Positions 28,501-39,604 of a stretch of 64,000 nucleotides of DNA are shown here, piece after piece. The translations under genes were made by a program, and so were the position numbers. The stretch is from Bacillota bacterium (lineage in GTDB: Bacteria; Bacillota; JAAYKD01). The stretch is taken from positions 96,001 through 160,000 of the forward strand of contig OY762825.2 in assembly GCA_963666425.2 (NCBI GenBank), written 5' to 3'. Within the stretch, counting starts at the first letter, position 1; each line of letters begins with the position of its first letter. Below the pieces are notes generated by a model. It had not been told where the DNA came from. It was given only the letters and a program-made list of their open reading frames with translations, and did not search any database.

Positions 28501-30029
28501 ATGTTAGCCAAAATCAACGGGATCAGTCTGCAGGCTTTGGATGGGATCCTGATTGAGATCGAAGTCTCAATTCGTTCGCAGGGCTTACCCAGCTTTGATA
28601 TCGTCGGTCTGCCGGATCTTTCCATTCGGGAAGCAAAGGACCGGCTGCGCCTTGCCTTTCAGAATTCAGGTTTGCAATTTCCCACACACCATATCGTCGT
28701 CAATTTGGCACCGGCCAATGTGAAAAAGGATGGTATTGGCTTTGATTTGCCGATGGCGGTCGGTATCTTAGCCGCTTCGAGTCAGATTCCGGCAATTGAA
28801 TATACTGATACGGCTTTTATTGGTGAACTCGCCCTGGATGGCCGCATCCGGGCAGTGCCTGGTGTGCTGGCGAGAGCGATCAATGCGGCAAAACTCGGCA
28901 TCAAACGGCTGATCGTGCCTTATGAAAACCGACAGGAAGCTGCTCTGGTCCGAGATCTGGCGGTTTTTGCCTTTCAAACTTTTAGTGATTTGAGCAAGTA
29001 CTTAAGAGGTGAATTGAGCGCCACCGTCTGCCAAACGGAACCGGAACAGGAGCAACCGCACCCGCTCTATGATTTTTCTGAAGTGAAAGGGCAATCGTCT
29101 GCCAAAAGAGCCCTGGAAGTTGCGGCCGCTGGCGGCCATAATCTGCTGATGATCGGCAGCCCGGGCAGCGGCAAGACGATGCTGGCCAAATGCATTCCCT
29201 CTATTCTGCCGCAAATGAATTTTGCGGAAGCGCTGGAAGTAACCCAAGTCGCGAGCGTCGCCGGTTTGCTCAACAGTAAAAGCGGTTTGATCCGGCAACG
29301 GCCTTTTCGCTCACCGCATCATTCGATCAGCAACGCAGGGCTCGTGGGCGGCGGCAGCAATCCGCGCCCCGGTGAAGTGAGTCTGGCGCATCACGGCGTG
29401 CTGTTCTTGGACGAATTACCTGAATTTCGCAAAGATGTTTTGGAATTGCTGCGTCAGCCGATGGAAGACGGCAGGGTGACGCTGGCCCGAGCCAGCGGTT
29501 CTTATACCTATCCCACCCGGTTTATGCTGGTTGCGGCGATGAACCCCTGCCCCTGTGGCTATTATGGTGATTTACAGCACGCCTGCACTTGTAACGAGCA
29601 GGTGATTCGGCGTTACCAGGGCCGTATCAGCGGACCCCTTTTAGATCGCATCGACCTAATGGTGGATGTACCGCGCTTGACCTACAGCGATATCACAACG
29701 ATCACCCCATCAGAAAATTCAGAAAATATCCGCTTGCAAGAGTGGAAACTGCCCGGCAGATTCAGCAAGAGCGCTTTACAGCCAGTGAACTGACCTGTAA
29801 CGCAGCAATGCACCAAAAGCAAATCAAACAATACTGCAAGCTTTCCAATGAATGCCAGCAGCTCTTGAATGCCGCCTTCCGCAAACTGAATCTCAGCGCC
29901 CGCGCCTATGACCGCATCCTGAAAGTCTCGCGCACCATCGCCGATTTGGCGGGAAAAGAAGCAATCGAAACCATCCATCTGGCAGAAGCCATTGGTTACC
30001 GCGGCTTGGATCAGAAATATTTCAAATAA
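28501..30029 (+). pseudogene. comM: ComM/YifB Mg-chelatase-like AAA+ ATPase, frameshifted near 29735
   Basis: IVGLPD, NLAPA, GSPGSGKT, PFRSPHH, LDELPEF, MNPCPCG up to SENIR; C-terminus (RVETARQIQ...SARAYDRILKVSRTIADL) continues in another frame. Confidence 0.85.
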
Positions 30030-30039
30030 GGAGTCGACT

Positions 30040-30783
30040 ATGTCTGTTTATGCTATTTCCGATTTGCATTTGTCTTCAGACGGCAGCAAACCAATGGATG
30101 TTTTCGGGCTGCGCTGGCAGCATCATGCCGAGCGATTAGAAGAAAATTGGCGTGCAGTTGTCCGTTCGGAAGACTGGGTTCTGATTCCCGGTGATATCAG
30201 CTGGGGAATGCGCTTAGCGGATGCCGCGCAGGATTTCGCCTTTCTCGATCATCTGCCGGGCAAAAAACTGATCGGCAGAGGTAACCATGATTATTATTGG
30301 CTCTCTCATCAGAAAATGCAGGAGTTTCTGCCGAGCAGTCTCCAGGCGGCAGATCGACAAACCATTAGTACCGACGAATTCACCCTGGTTGCCACCAAGG
30401 GTTGGCTATGTCCCGGCTCTAGCGGCTATACAGCGACGCGGGATGAGAAACTCTACCTGCGTGAGGTGCAGCGGCTGCGGCTTGTTTTAGAGCAAGTAAA
30501 GAGCAGCGAGCGTCCTTTGATCGCGATGCTGCATTTTCCGCCGATGAACGAAAAAGCAGAAACTTCCGGTTTTACCCAATTATTGGATGAATTTCAGGTT
30601 AAGCTATGTATTTACGGGCATCTGCACGATCCGGACGGTCAAGCCGGTTTCAACGGGATGCTGCAGCAAACCAAGTATCAATTGGTTGCCGCAGATTATC
30701 TGGGCTTTCAACCGCTGTGTTTGGATGAGTGGCTCTTTACAGCAAGTAAAGGAGGCGGCCATGAATATGGCTCTGTCAGATGA
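30040..30783 (+). CDS. Calcineurin-like metallophosphoesterase
   Basis: SDLH, GDISW, GNHD, HFPP, YGHLH. Confidence 0.9.
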   Translation: MSVYAISDLHLSSDGSKPMDVFGLRWQHHAERLEENWRAVVRSEDWVLIPGDISWGMRLADAAQDFAFLDHLPGKKLIGRGNHDYYWLSHQKMQEFLPSSLQAADRQTISTDEFTLVATKGWLCPGSSGYTATRDEKLYLREVQRLRLVLEQVKSSERPLIAMLHFPPMNEKAETSGFTQLLDEFQVKLCIYGHLHDPDGQAGFNGMLQQTKYQLVAADYLGFQPLCLDEWLFTASKGGGHEYGSVR

Positions 30784-31873
30784 GGAGGAACGCTACTATC
30801 TGGGCTGCTTGTTTCGGCTGACTCATATCGGCAGAAACAGAGGGGAACAGCTGCTGGCTTTTTTTGGTGATGCCAAAACAGCCTGGCTGACGAATCTGGC
30901 GGAATGGCGTACCGTTATTCGCCTCAGTGAGCAACAATGGCAAGAAGTCGCTGCCAGTAAATCTAGCTTACAGCCGGAGCAATTTTGCAGTGAACTGAAA
31001 AAACGCAGAATTCGGCTGCTGATCAGAACAGATGAAGCCTATCCCAGGGAATTGCTGCAGATACCCGATCCACCTGCCTGTCTCTATATGCAGGGCGATT
31101 TATTGCCCAAGTCTTCCTGCATTGCAGTGGTCGGCTCCAGGCAAGCCAGCCATTATGGTAGGAACGCTGCAGAAATGCTGGCAGAAGGCCTGGCGGAATG
31201 CGGCTTTGTAGTCGTGAGCGGTTTGGCGCGCGGGATCGATGGAGCAGCGCATCGCGGAGCGTTGAAGAAAGGTGCCACCTACGCAGTCTTTGGCTGCGGT
31301 CACGATACTATTTATCCGACGGAACATCAGAAGCTGGCGGAACAGATCCGGGAAAACGGCGCTCTTTTAAGTGAGTACGCGTTTGATCAAATTCCCAATG
31401 CCGGTTTCTTTCCAACCAGGAACCGCATCATCTCCGGTTTGAGTTTGGGTGTTGTCGTGGTGGAGGCCAAAGCAACCAGCGGTTCTTTGATCACTGTCAA
31501 TTTTGCCTTAGAGCAGGGCAGAGAAGTTTTTGCGGTGCCGGGCAGTATTTATTCCGAAAATTCCAAGGGCTGTCATGCTTTGCTCCGTCAGGGTGCCAAA
31601 TTGGTCTCCTCTTTAGATGATATCATCGATGAATTTCAGTTTATCCTGCCAAAAAAAGCCCCCGAGACGGCAGAATCGCCGTTCCCGGAAGTGGCTTTGA
31701 GCTTGATGCAACAGAAAATTTGGAATGAATTGGAGGCTGAACCGCTGCATCTCGATCAATTGTCTTTACAGCTGCAATTGCCGGTCGGTCTCGTCTCGGC
31801 AGAACTATTACAGTTGGAATTGATGGGGTTAGCGCTAGGGTTAACCGGAGGTTATTATACAAAAAAGCTTTAG
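30761..31873 (+). CDS. dprA: DNA-processing protein DprA
   Basis: AVVGSR, VSGLARGIDGAAH, FPTRNRIISG, SGSLIT, GREVFAVPG. Confidence 0.95.
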   Translation: MNMALSDEEERYYLGCLFRLTHIGRNRGEQLLAFFGDAKTAWLTNLAEWRTVIRLSEQQWQEVAASKSSLQPEQFCSELKKRRIRLLIRTDEAYPRELLQIPDPPACLYMQGDLLPKSSCIAVVGSRQASHYGRNAAEMLAEGLAECGFVVVSGLARGIDGAAHRGALKKGATYAVFGCGHDTIYPTEHQKLAEQIRENGALLSEYAFDQIPNAGFFPTRNRIISGLSLGVVVVEAKATSGSLITVNFALEQGREVFAVPGSIYSENSKGCHALLRQGAKLVSSLDDIIDEFQFILPKKAPETAESPFPEVALSLMQQKIWNELEAEPLHLDQLSLQLQLPVGLVSAELLQLELMGLALGLTGGYYTKKL

Positions 31874-31986
31874 CCAAGCAGATTGGGGCTTGTCAAAGAG
31901 CTTTTCTGCGGTTATGATAAAGAAGAACCATGTGCTGAATCATTGAAAATCAGAATTCAGGCAACGAGTTTATAAAGAGAGAGTTG

Positions 31987-34107
31987 ATGAATGATATGGC
32001 AGATAATCTGATTATCGTAGAATCTCCGGCAAAAGCCAGAACCATCAGTAAGTTTCTGACCGGCCGCTATCAGGTCAAAGCAACGATGGGTCACTTAAGA
32101 GATTTACCCAAAAGTCAGTTCGGCATTGATTTAGAAAATCAATATGAGCCGAAATATATTACGATTCGCGGCAAAGGCGATTTGATCAAAGAATTGAAAG
32201 CGGCGGCAAAAAAAGCCAAACGCGTCTATCTGGCAACGGACCCCGATCGCGAAGGAGAAGCGATTTCCTGGCATTTATCCACTTTGCTGGGCATTGATCC
32301 CAACAGCAATTGCCGGATTGAGTTTCACGAAATTACAGAAAAAGCGGTGAAAGCCGCGCTGCAGAACCCCAGACCGATCGATCTTGCTTGTGTCAACGCG
32401 CAGCAGGCGAGAAGAGTGATGGACCGCATTGTTGGCTATCAATTGAGCCCGCTGCTTTGGCGCAAACTGCGTTACGGCTTAAGCGCCGGGCGGGTACAGT
32501 CGGTGGCTGTGGCCATGATTTGTGACCGGGAAGAGGAAATTAAAGCGTTTGTCCCGGAAGAATATTGGACGCTGGCGGCAAAGCTTGTTTTCAATCAGCA
32601 GCATTTCGAAGCAAAACTGACAGAATATCAGGGTAAGCAGCCGCAGCTTACAACTGGAGCGGAAACCGAGCAAATTCTGAACCAGCTGGAACCTACCTGC
32701 ATTGTGTCCGCTCTGAAAAAAGGGGAAAGAAGCAGACAACCGGCGGCTCCTTTCACGACCAGCACCCTGCAGCAGGAAGCCGCCAAACGGTTTGGCTTCA
32801 CCGCGAAAAAGACGATGATGCTGGCTCAGCAACTCTACGAAGGGATCGACCTGAATGATGAAGGTCCGGTCGGTTTGTTCACTTATATTCGTACCGATTC
32901 GGTGAGTATTTCGGATTTAGCCTACGATCAATCCCAGCAATACCTGCAGCAAAAATTAGGGCAGGAATATTGTTTAGGACAGAAGCGCATTTTCCCCGCC
33001 CGGCGCGGTGCTCAGGAAGCGCATGAAGCGATTCGTCCCACCGATGTTTGGCGCGAACCGGAGCAATTGCTGCCTTCTTTAAGCAAGGATCAATATAAAC
33101 TTTACAAACTGGTTTGGGAACGTTTTCTAGCCAGCCAGTGCGCAGCGGTGAAATATGATTATGTCACGGCGGATCTGCAGAATCAGTCTGCGGTTTTTCG
33201 GGTCAACGGCTCCATTATTAAGTTTCTGGGCTTTTTGCAGCTGTTGAAATCGGATGAAGACGAGGGTGACGATGATGTCGGTTTTCTGCCTCTCTTTGAA
33301 ATCGGACAGGAAATTACCGTGGAGCAATGGCTGCCGCAGCAGCATTTTACCCAGAGTCCGGTGCGTTATAATGAAGCCTTATTGATCAAAACGATGGAGG
33401 AACTCGGGATCGGACGTCCCAGTACCTACGCGCCAACCATTGAAACCATTCTGAAACGCCGTTATGTAGAAAGAAAAGAAAGACGTTTTTGGCCGACCGA
33501 ACTGGGCATGGCTGTCACACAAATGCTGAAAGAGCATTTTCACACCGTGATTGATTCCGACTTTACCGCAGATATGGAAAGCGAATTGGATCGGGTGGAA
33601 GAAGGAGATCTGCTTTGGCAGGAAGCCATTGATGCTTTTTATCGGCTTTTCTCTGTGCAGGTGACCGCGGCGGAACAGGAAATACCGGTTCAGGAAGTCG
33701 CGGATGAAGTGACCGATGTGATCTGTGAATTGTGCGGCCGTAATATGGTGATCAAGCATGGTCGTTTCGGTTCTTTCTTAGCGTGTCCCGGTTATCCGGA
33801 ATGTAAGAACACTAAAAACCTGACCGAGGATCTGCACATCGCCTGTCCGCAGTGCGGCGAAGGCCAGATCGTGGAAAGAAGAAGCCGGAAAAGCGGACGT
33901 CCTTTCTACGGCTGCAGCCGTTATCCCGAATGCAAGTTTGTGATGTGGGATAAACCGGTCGAACGCGCCTGCCCGCTTTGCGGCAATCTGGGCATGAGTC
34001 AAAAAATCAATCAAAAAAAAGGAATCGTTACCTATCGCTGCATCAAACCGGATTGTGCGGGAGAAGAGGTTGTGGTCTTAGAAGAGGGAGAAAAGGAGGA
34101 GGCCTGA
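31987..34107 (+). CDS. topA: DNA topoisomerase I
   Basis: IVESPAKA, DPDREGE, SAGRVQS, TYIRTDS, C-terminal Zn ribbons. Confidence 0.97.
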   Translation: MNDMADNLIIVESPAKARTISKFLTGRYQVKATMGHLRDLPKSQFGIDLENQYEPKYITIRGKGDLIKELKAAAKKAKRVYLATDPDREGEAISWHLSTLLGIDPNSNCRIEFHEITEKAVKAALQNPRPIDLACVNAQQARRVMDRIVGYQLSPLLWRKLRYGLSAGRVQSVAVAMICDREEEIKAFVPEEYWTLAAKLVFNQQHFEAKLTEYQGKQPQLTTGAETEQILNQLEPTCIVSALKKGERSRQPAAPFTTSTLQQEAAKRFGFTAKKTMMLAQQLYEGIDLNDEGPVGLFTYIRTDSVSISDLAYDQSQQYLQQKLGQEYCLGQKRIFPARRGAQEAHEAIRPTDVWREPEQLLPSLSKDQYKLYKLVWERFLASQCAAVKYDYVTADLQNQSAVFRVNGSIIKFLGFLQLLKSDEDEGDDDVGFLPLFEIGQEITVEQWLPQQHFTQSPVRYNEALLIKTMEELGIGRPSTYAPTIETILKRRYVERKERRFWPTELGMAVTQMLKEHFHTVIDSDFTADMESELDRVEEGDLLWQEAIDAFYRLFSVQVTAAEQEIPVQEVADEVTDVICELCGRNMVIKHGRFGSFLACPGYPECKNTKNLTEDLHIACPQCGEGQIVERRSRKSGRPFYGCSRYPECKFVMWDKPVERACPLCGNLGMSQKINQKKGIVTYRCIKPDCAGEEVVVLEEGEKEEA

Positions 34108-34108
34108 G

Positions 34109-35431
34109 ATGGAAGCTTGTATCCATGTGGTGGGAGGCGGTTTAGCCGGATCGGAAGCGGCCTGGCAGGCTGCTCAGCGCGGTGTGAAGGTAATTTTGCA
34201 TGAAATGCGTCCTGTCAAACCTTCTCCGGCGCATCAATCCTCTTTTTTTGCCGAATTGGTCTGCAGCAACTCCTTAAAATCAGCCAAAACGGACAATGCG
34301 GCAGGACTCTTGAAAGCAGAAATGCGTTTATTGGATTCTTTGATCCTGCGCGCTGCGGATGCCAATCAGGTTCCTGCCGGGCAAGCCCTGGCCGTTGATC
34401 GTGAGGCGTTTGCCGCGGCTGTCACGCAGGCAATCGAGCAGCATCCCAATATCACAATCATTCGCGAAGAAGTAACTTCACTGCCGCTGCAATCTGCCGA
34501 ACCTTGGATAGTAGCCAGCGGACCCTTGACTTCAACAGCCTTGCTGCAGCATCTGCAGCAGCTTTTTGGAGAAGAACAGCTCTATTTTTATGATGCTGCC
34601 GCTCCGATTGTTACAGCGGAATCGTTGGACCAAGAGAAAATTTACCGAGCCTCCCGTTACGATAAAGGCGAAGCCGATTATCTCAATTGTGCTTTCAATG
34701 AAGCAGAATACACTCGCTTTTGGCAGGAACTAGTCCACGCGGAACAACATCCGCTGCATGATTTTGAAAGAGGTCACTTCTTTGACGCCTGTATTCCGGT
34801 AGAAGAATTGGCGCTGCGCGGTAAAGATACGCTCGCTTTCGGGCCGCTGAAGCCGATTGGCTTGCGTGATCCGCGGCAGACAGAACTGCCCTATGCCGTG
34901 CTGCAGCTTCGCCAGGATAATCTGGCAGCCGATCTCTACGGCTTGGTTGGCTTTCAGACCAATTTGCGTTTTGGCGAACAGGAGCGGGTGTTCCGGATGA
35001 TTCCCGGTTTGGAGCAGGCCGAGTTTGTGCGTTACGGTGTGATGCACAAGAATACATTTTTAAATACACCCAAGCTGCTGACCACCGCTCTGCAGGCGAA
35101 AGATCATCCGTATCTATTTTTTGCCGGTCAGATGACCGGAGTGGAAGGCTATATCGAATCGGCCGCCAGCGGTTTGCTTTGTGGAATCAATGCGGTGCGC
35201 TATCTGCGGCAGGAGACCCCTATCGTACCGCCTGAGCAAACCATGCTGGGGGCGTTGATTTATTATGTGACGCACGAAGCGGGTAAGAGCTTTCAGCCGA
35301 TGAATGCTGTCTTCGGCATCATGCCGCCGCCGGAGAAAAAGATCAAAGATAAGCGATTGAGAAATCTATTTTATGCCAAACGCGCCCTGGAAAGTATGAA
35401 TTCCTGGCTGCCAGAGACAATGCCAGATTGA
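34109..35431 (+). CDS. trmFO: FAD-dependent tRNA (U54) methyltransferase TrmFO
   Basis: GGGLAGSEAA, ELVCSNS, RYGVMHKN, GQMTGVEGY. Confidence 0.95.
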   Translation: MEACIHVVGGGLAGSEAAWQAAQRGVKVILHEMRPVKPSPAHQSSFFAELVCSNSLKSAKTDNAAGLLKAEMRLLDSLILRAADANQVPAGQALAVDREAFAAAVTQAIEQHPNITIIREEVTSLPLQSAEPWIVASGPLTSTALLQHLQQLFGEEQLYFYDAAAPIVTAESLDQEKIYRASRYDKGEADYLNCAFNEAEYTRFWQELVHAEQHPLHDFERGHFFDACIPVEELALRGKDTLAFGPLKPIGLRDPRQTELPYAVLQLRQDNLAADLYGLVGFQTNLRFGEQERVFRMIPGLEQAEFVRYGVMHKNTFLNTPKLLTTALQAKDHPYLFFAGQMTGVEGYIESAASGLLCGINAVRYLRQETPIVPPEQTMLGALIYYVTHEAGKSFQPMNAVFGIMPPPEKKIKDKRLRNLFYAKRALESMNSWLPETMPD

Positions 35432-35461
35432 ATTCTCTTAAAATAAGAGGAAAAAAGCCTC

Positions 35462-35590
35462 TTGCTAAACTGCTGCGCTCTTGGTATAATAGCTGTTAGT
35501 GTTAATACACACGCCAGCCGATAAACTGTCTCGCGGTGCTTTGCAGTACTTGCAAAGTGAGATGGCTTAGATGAAGCAGCGGAGGAAAAA
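35462..35590 (+). promoter_or_regulatory. rpsB promoter and S2 leader RNA
   Basis: TTGCTA-17-TATAAT followed by ACACACGC...CGGTGC...GCGGAGG, as in Bacillota rpsB leaders. Confidence 0.7.
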
Positions 35591-35616
35591 ACCAAAGGAA
35601 GGGAGGAGGTGACACC

Positions 35617-36315
35617 ATGTCTGTCATTTCCATGAAACAATTACTCGAAGCTGGTGTTCATTTTGGTCATCAAACCCGGCGCTGGAACCCAAAAATGGCA
35701 CCCTACATCTTTACAGAAAGAAACGGAATCTACATTATTGATCTGCAAAAAACTGTAAAGAAAATCGAACAAGCCTACGCTTTTATCCGTCAGGTCTCTC
35801 AAGAGGGCGGCACTGTGCTTTTTGTCGGAACAAAAAAGCAAGCACAGGAAGCCATGGAAGAAGAATCCAAGCGCTGTGAAATGTATTTCGTCAACCAACG
35901 TTGGTTGGGCGGAACGCTGACCAATTTCCAAACAATTCAGAAACGAATTCATCGTTTACAGGAATTGCGCGTGATGGAAGAAAACGGTACTTTCGAAGTA
36001 TTACCCAAAAAAGAAGTCATTAATCTGCGCCATGAAATGGAAAAATTGGAAAAATTCTTGGGCGGCATCAGCAGCATGACCAAATTACCGGATGCTCTGT
36101 TTGTAATCGATCCCCGCAAAGAAAAGAATGCAATTTCCGAAGCCAAACGCTTGGGCATCCCGGTCGTAGCCATTGTGGATACGAACTGTGATCCTGATGA
36201 AGTGGATTATGTAATTCCCGGCAACGACGATGCCATTCGCGCCGTCAAGTTGCTGGCTTCCAAGATCGCAGACGCGATCATCGAAGGCCGTCAAGGCGAA
36301 TCGATGGCTGAATAA
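35617..36315 (+). CDS. rpsB: 30S ribosomal protein S2
   Basis: [27 protein letters not shown]. Confidence 0.98.
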   Translation: MSVISMKQLLEAGVHFGHQTRRWNPKMAPYIFTERNGIYIIDLQKTVKKIEQAYAFIRQVSQEGGTVLFVGTKKQAQEAMEEESKRCEMYFVNQRWLGGTLTNFQTIQKRIHRLQELRVMEENGTFEVLPKKEVINLRHEMEKLEKFLGGISSMTKLPDALFVIDPRKEKNAISEAKRLGIPVVAIVDTNCDPDEVDYVIPGNDDAIRAVKLLASKIADAIIEGRQGESMAE

Positions 36316-36336
36316 CTGAATTATCAATCATTTGGG

Positions 36337-36378
36337 GATCGGCCCGTAGGGAAATTCCCTATGGACCGATCTTTTTTT
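36337..36378 (+). terminator. Terminator/attenuator between rpsB and tsf
   Basis: GATCGG.CC.TAGGGAA/TTCCCTA.GG.CCGATC followed by T7. Confidence 0.7.
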
Positions 36379-36418
36379 ACAAGATGCCATACATGAAAAA
36401 TCGAAGGGGGATTATAAA

Positions 36419-37309
36419 ATGATTACTGCTGCTATTGTAAAAGAATTACGTGATCGTACCAGCGTTGGTATGATGGACTGCAAACGTGCGCTGCAGGAAT
36501 GCGACGGGGATATGGAAAAAGCCATTGAGTATCTGCGTGAGAAAGGTCTTGCCGCTGCCGCCAAAAAAGCCGGCCGTGTGGCGAAGCAAGGTTTGGTTGT
36601 TGGTCTCGTCAAAGGTCAGTTTGCTTCTTTAGTCGAAGTGAACTGCGAAACCGACTTTGTTGCTAAGAACGACGACTTCCTGGCTTGGGTCAAAGATATG
36701 GCCGCTCTGATCATCGATCAAAAAATCAGCACAGTGGAGGAACTTTTGGCTCAGCCGTATGGCGAGGGCACAATTCAATCTTCCTTAACCAATAAGATTG
36801 CTACCATCGGAGAAAATATGGCAGTGCGCCGCTTGGCTTTTTACGCTGTCGACCCCACTTCTCTCTTGGACCTTTATATTCATGGCGCCGGAAAAATCGG
36901 TGTTTTGGTGGAGTTGGGCTTATCCGATGACACCTGTAAAGAAAAAGAAGCGATCAAGGAATTGATTCATGACTTGTCTTTACAGATTGCCGCCAGCCGC
37001 GCCCAGTATATCGCTCCGGAAGACGTATCCGCCGAACTGGTTGCCAAAGAAAAGGAAATCTATCTGGCGCAGGCGATCAACGAAGGCAAACCCGCCAATA
37101 TTGCGGAGCGCATGGTCGAAGGCCGTGTGCGCAAATTCTACGAAGAGATTTGCCTGCTCAACCAGGTGTTTGTTAAGGACAGCGAATTAACAATCGCCAA
37201 GTTAATTGCTAAAGTTGCCAAAGAAACCGGCTGTGCGATTAGCGTGAAATCTTTTACCCGATTTGAAATTGGGGAAGGTGTAACCAATCCAGAAGGCGAA
37301 AAAGAATAG
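36419..37309 (+). CDS. tsf: Elongation factor Ts
   Basis: GMMDCKRAL, EVNCETDFVA. Confidence 0.97.
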   Translation: MITAAIVKELRDRTSVGMMDCKRALQECDGDMEKAIEYLREKGLAAAAKKAGRVAKQGLVVGLVKGQFASLVEVNCETDFVAKNDDFLAWVKDMAALIIDQKISTVEELLAQPYGEGTIQSSLTNKIATIGENMAVRRLAFYAVDPTSLLDLYIHGAGKIGVLVELGLSDDTCKEKEAIKELIHDLSLQIAASRAQYIAPEDVSAELVAKEKEIYLAQAINEGKPANIAERMVEGRVRKFYEEICLLNQVFVKDSELTIAKLIAKVAKETGCAISVKSFTRFEIGEGVTNPEGEKE

Positions 37310-37319
37310 AACATTCAAG

Positions 37320-37348
37320 AAGGAACATCTGTCTCGGATGTTCCTTTT
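37320..37348 (+). terminator. Terminator-like hairpin after tsf
   Basis: AAGGAACATC...GATGTTCCTTTT. Confidence 0.6.
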
Positions 37349-37378
37349 GAGTATACCAAAAGCTGGGAGGCGTTGGCT

Positions 37379-38122
37379 ATGCAACCGAAATATCACCGTG
37401 TCGTGCTTAAACTATCCGGTGAAGCACTGGCGGGAGAAGGAAAACCTGGAGAGAACAAATTCGGTTATGATTCAAAGACATTGAGTACCATTGCTAGTCA
37501 GATCAAAGAAATTACAGAAATGGGTGTCGAATTAGCACTCGTGGTCGGCGGCGGCAATATTTGGCGAGGTGTAAAAGGCAGTCAAACCCTCGGTATCGAC
37601 CGGGCGACTGCCGACTATATGGGCATGCTGGCAACGGTAATGAACTCCATGGCACTGCAAGGCGCTTTGGAATCAATCGGAGTTGTTACCCGAGTACAGA
37701 GTGCGATTGAAATGCGGGAGGTAGCCGAACCCTACATCCGCAGGAGAGCGATCCGCCATCTGGAAAAGGGCAGAGTCGTGATTTTTGCGGCCGGCACAGG
37801 CAATCCCTATTTTACAACGGATACCGTAGCGGCGCTGCGTGCAGCTGAAATCGGCGCCGAAATTGTTTTTAAAGCGACCGGCGAAGTGGACGGCGTCTAT
37901 GACTCCGATCCAATGCTCAATCCAGAAGCGGTAAAATATGATCATATCACCTATCAGGATGTGCTCAATCAAGGTTTGAAGGCGATGGATGCCACCGCCA
38001 TTTCTTTATGTATGGACAATGATATTCCGATTATTGTCTTTCGCTTATCCATTCCCGGGAATATGAAGAAAGCGATCCTGGGTGAATCGATTGGAACTTA
38101 TATAGGAGGGGAGAACAAATGA
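37379..38122 (+). CDS. pyrH: UMP kinase
   Basis: [27 protein letters not shown]. Confidence 0.97.
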   Translation: MQPKYHRVVLKLSGEALAGEGKPGENKFGYDSKTLSTIASQIKEITEMGVELALVVGGGNIWRGVKGSQTLGIDRATADYMGMLATVMNSMALQGALESIGVVTRVQSAIEMREVAEPYIRRRAIRHLEKGRVVIFAAGTGNPYFTTDTVAALRAAEIGAEIVFKATGEVDGVYDSDPMLNPEAVKYDHITYQDVLNQGLKAMDATAISLCMDNDIPIIVFRLSIPGNMKKAILGESIGTYIGGENK

Positions 38123-38673
38123 AAGACTATTTGAAGAGAATTGATGAACATATGGAAAAAACAATTGCTACCTTAAAAAAAGATCTGATTTCTGTGCGAG
38201 CCGGCCGGGCCAATCCCGGCATCCTGGAAAAAGTAACAGTCGATTATTACGGTGCAGCCACACCGCTGTCTCAGGTCGGTAATATCTCCTGTCCGGATGC
38301 AAGAACCATCGTGATTCAACCCTGGGACAAGAACCTGATCAAAGCCATTGAAAAATCGATTCTTACGGCAGATCTTGGCTTGAATCCGTCCAACGATGGT
38401 ATCGTGATTCGTCTTGTTATTCCCGCTTTAACCGAACAGCGCCGCAAAGAATTATGCAAAACAGTCGATAAAAAGGCGGAAGAAGCCAAAGTGGCTTTGC
38501 GTAATATTCGCCGCGAAGCCAACGATGAAGCGAAAAAATTGGAGAAATCCAAAGAATTTACCGAAGATGATGTAAAACAGGCACAGGAAGAATGCCAAAA
38601 GAAAACCGATAAATATATCAAAGAAGTCGACACCATCATCAGCGCCAAAGAAAAGGATATCATGGCTGTCTAG
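38119..38673 (+). CDS. frr: Ribosome recycling factor
   Basis: [26 protein letters not shown]. Confidence 0.97.
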   Translation: MKDYLKRIDEHMEKTIATLKKDLISVRAGRANPGILEKVTVDYYGAATPLSQVGNISCPDARTIVIQPWDKNLIKAIEKSILTADLGLNPSNDGIVIRLVIPALTEQRRKELCKTVDKKAEEAKVALRNIRREANDEAKKLEKSKEFTEDDVKQAQEECQKKTDKYIKEVDTIISAKEKDIMAV

Positions 38674-38822
38674 GAGGATCATCTTACGGATTGAGAAGTG
38701 AGGTTGGATATACTAAACTGCCGGAAGGGTGACTGCGTATCTGAAGACTCAAGATCACCTGCCGGCAGTTTAGCCACTTCTGCCTGCATGAGCAAAGGAT
38801 CGAATTGCAGAAGGAGCAAGCG

Positions 38823-39569
38823 ATGAGCGAAGAACAAGCATTCGGTAAAATGGAAACTAAGAAAGAAACGAAACCATTGCGTCATATTGCTTTTATCATG
38901 GATGGCAATGGGCGTTGGGCCAAGCGCCGCGGTATGCCGCGGACCTTCGGCCATCATGCCGGCCTGGAAGCAATGCGCCGGGTAATTCGATCCTGCGGAC
39001 AACTTGGCATAGAGGTCGTCACCTTTTATGCCTTTTCTACGGAGAATTGGTCGCGTTCGCCGGAAGAAGTCAGTTTTCTGATGAATCTGCCGGTCGAATT
39101 TGTTGATCAGGACCTACCGGAAATGATGAGAAACAACACAAAATTGATTATAACGGGTTCAGACGAGCATGTACCAACCAAAACACTGGAAGCAATCGGC
39201 CGAGGTGTAAAGCAAACCGCTGCCAATACCGGGTTAATCATCAACCTGGCCTTTAATTATGGTGGCCGTGATGAAATCGTACGCGGTGTGCGCCGTCTGG
39301 CTCAAAAGATAAAAAATGCTGCGATCACGCCGGAAGAGATCGACGAGAGCACAATTCGTGCTTACTTGGATCATCCGGAACTGCCCGATCCGGATCTGAT
39401 TATTCGTACCAGCGGCGAACAGCGGCTTTCCAATTTTCTGTTATGGGAATCTGCTTACAGTGAGTTCTATTTTGCTCCCGAACTTTGGCCGGAAATCAAT
39501 GGGGATGTTTTGGCGAAAATCATTGCGCAATATCAGCAGAGAGACAGACGATTTGGCAATGCAAAGTAA
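38823..39569 (+). CDS. uppS: Undecaprenyl diphosphate synthase
   Basis: IMDGNGRWA, FSTENW, IRTSGEQRLSNFL. Confidence 0.96.
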   Translation: MSEEQAFGKMETKKETKPLRHIAFIMDGNGRWAKRRGMPRTFGHHAGLEAMRRVIRSCGQLGIEVVTFYAFSTENWSRSPEEVSFLMNLPVEFVDQDLPEMMRNNTKLIITGSDEHVPTKTLEAIGRGVKQTAANTGLIINLAFNYGGRDEIVRGVRRLAQKIKNAAITPEEIDESTIRAYLDHPELPDPDLIIRTSGEQRLSNFLLWESAYSEFYFAPELWPEINGDVLAKIIAQYQQRDRRFGNAK

Positions 39570-39604
39570 GCAAAACCAGAGCGAGGAACGGAGGGGAGCA
39601 GATT

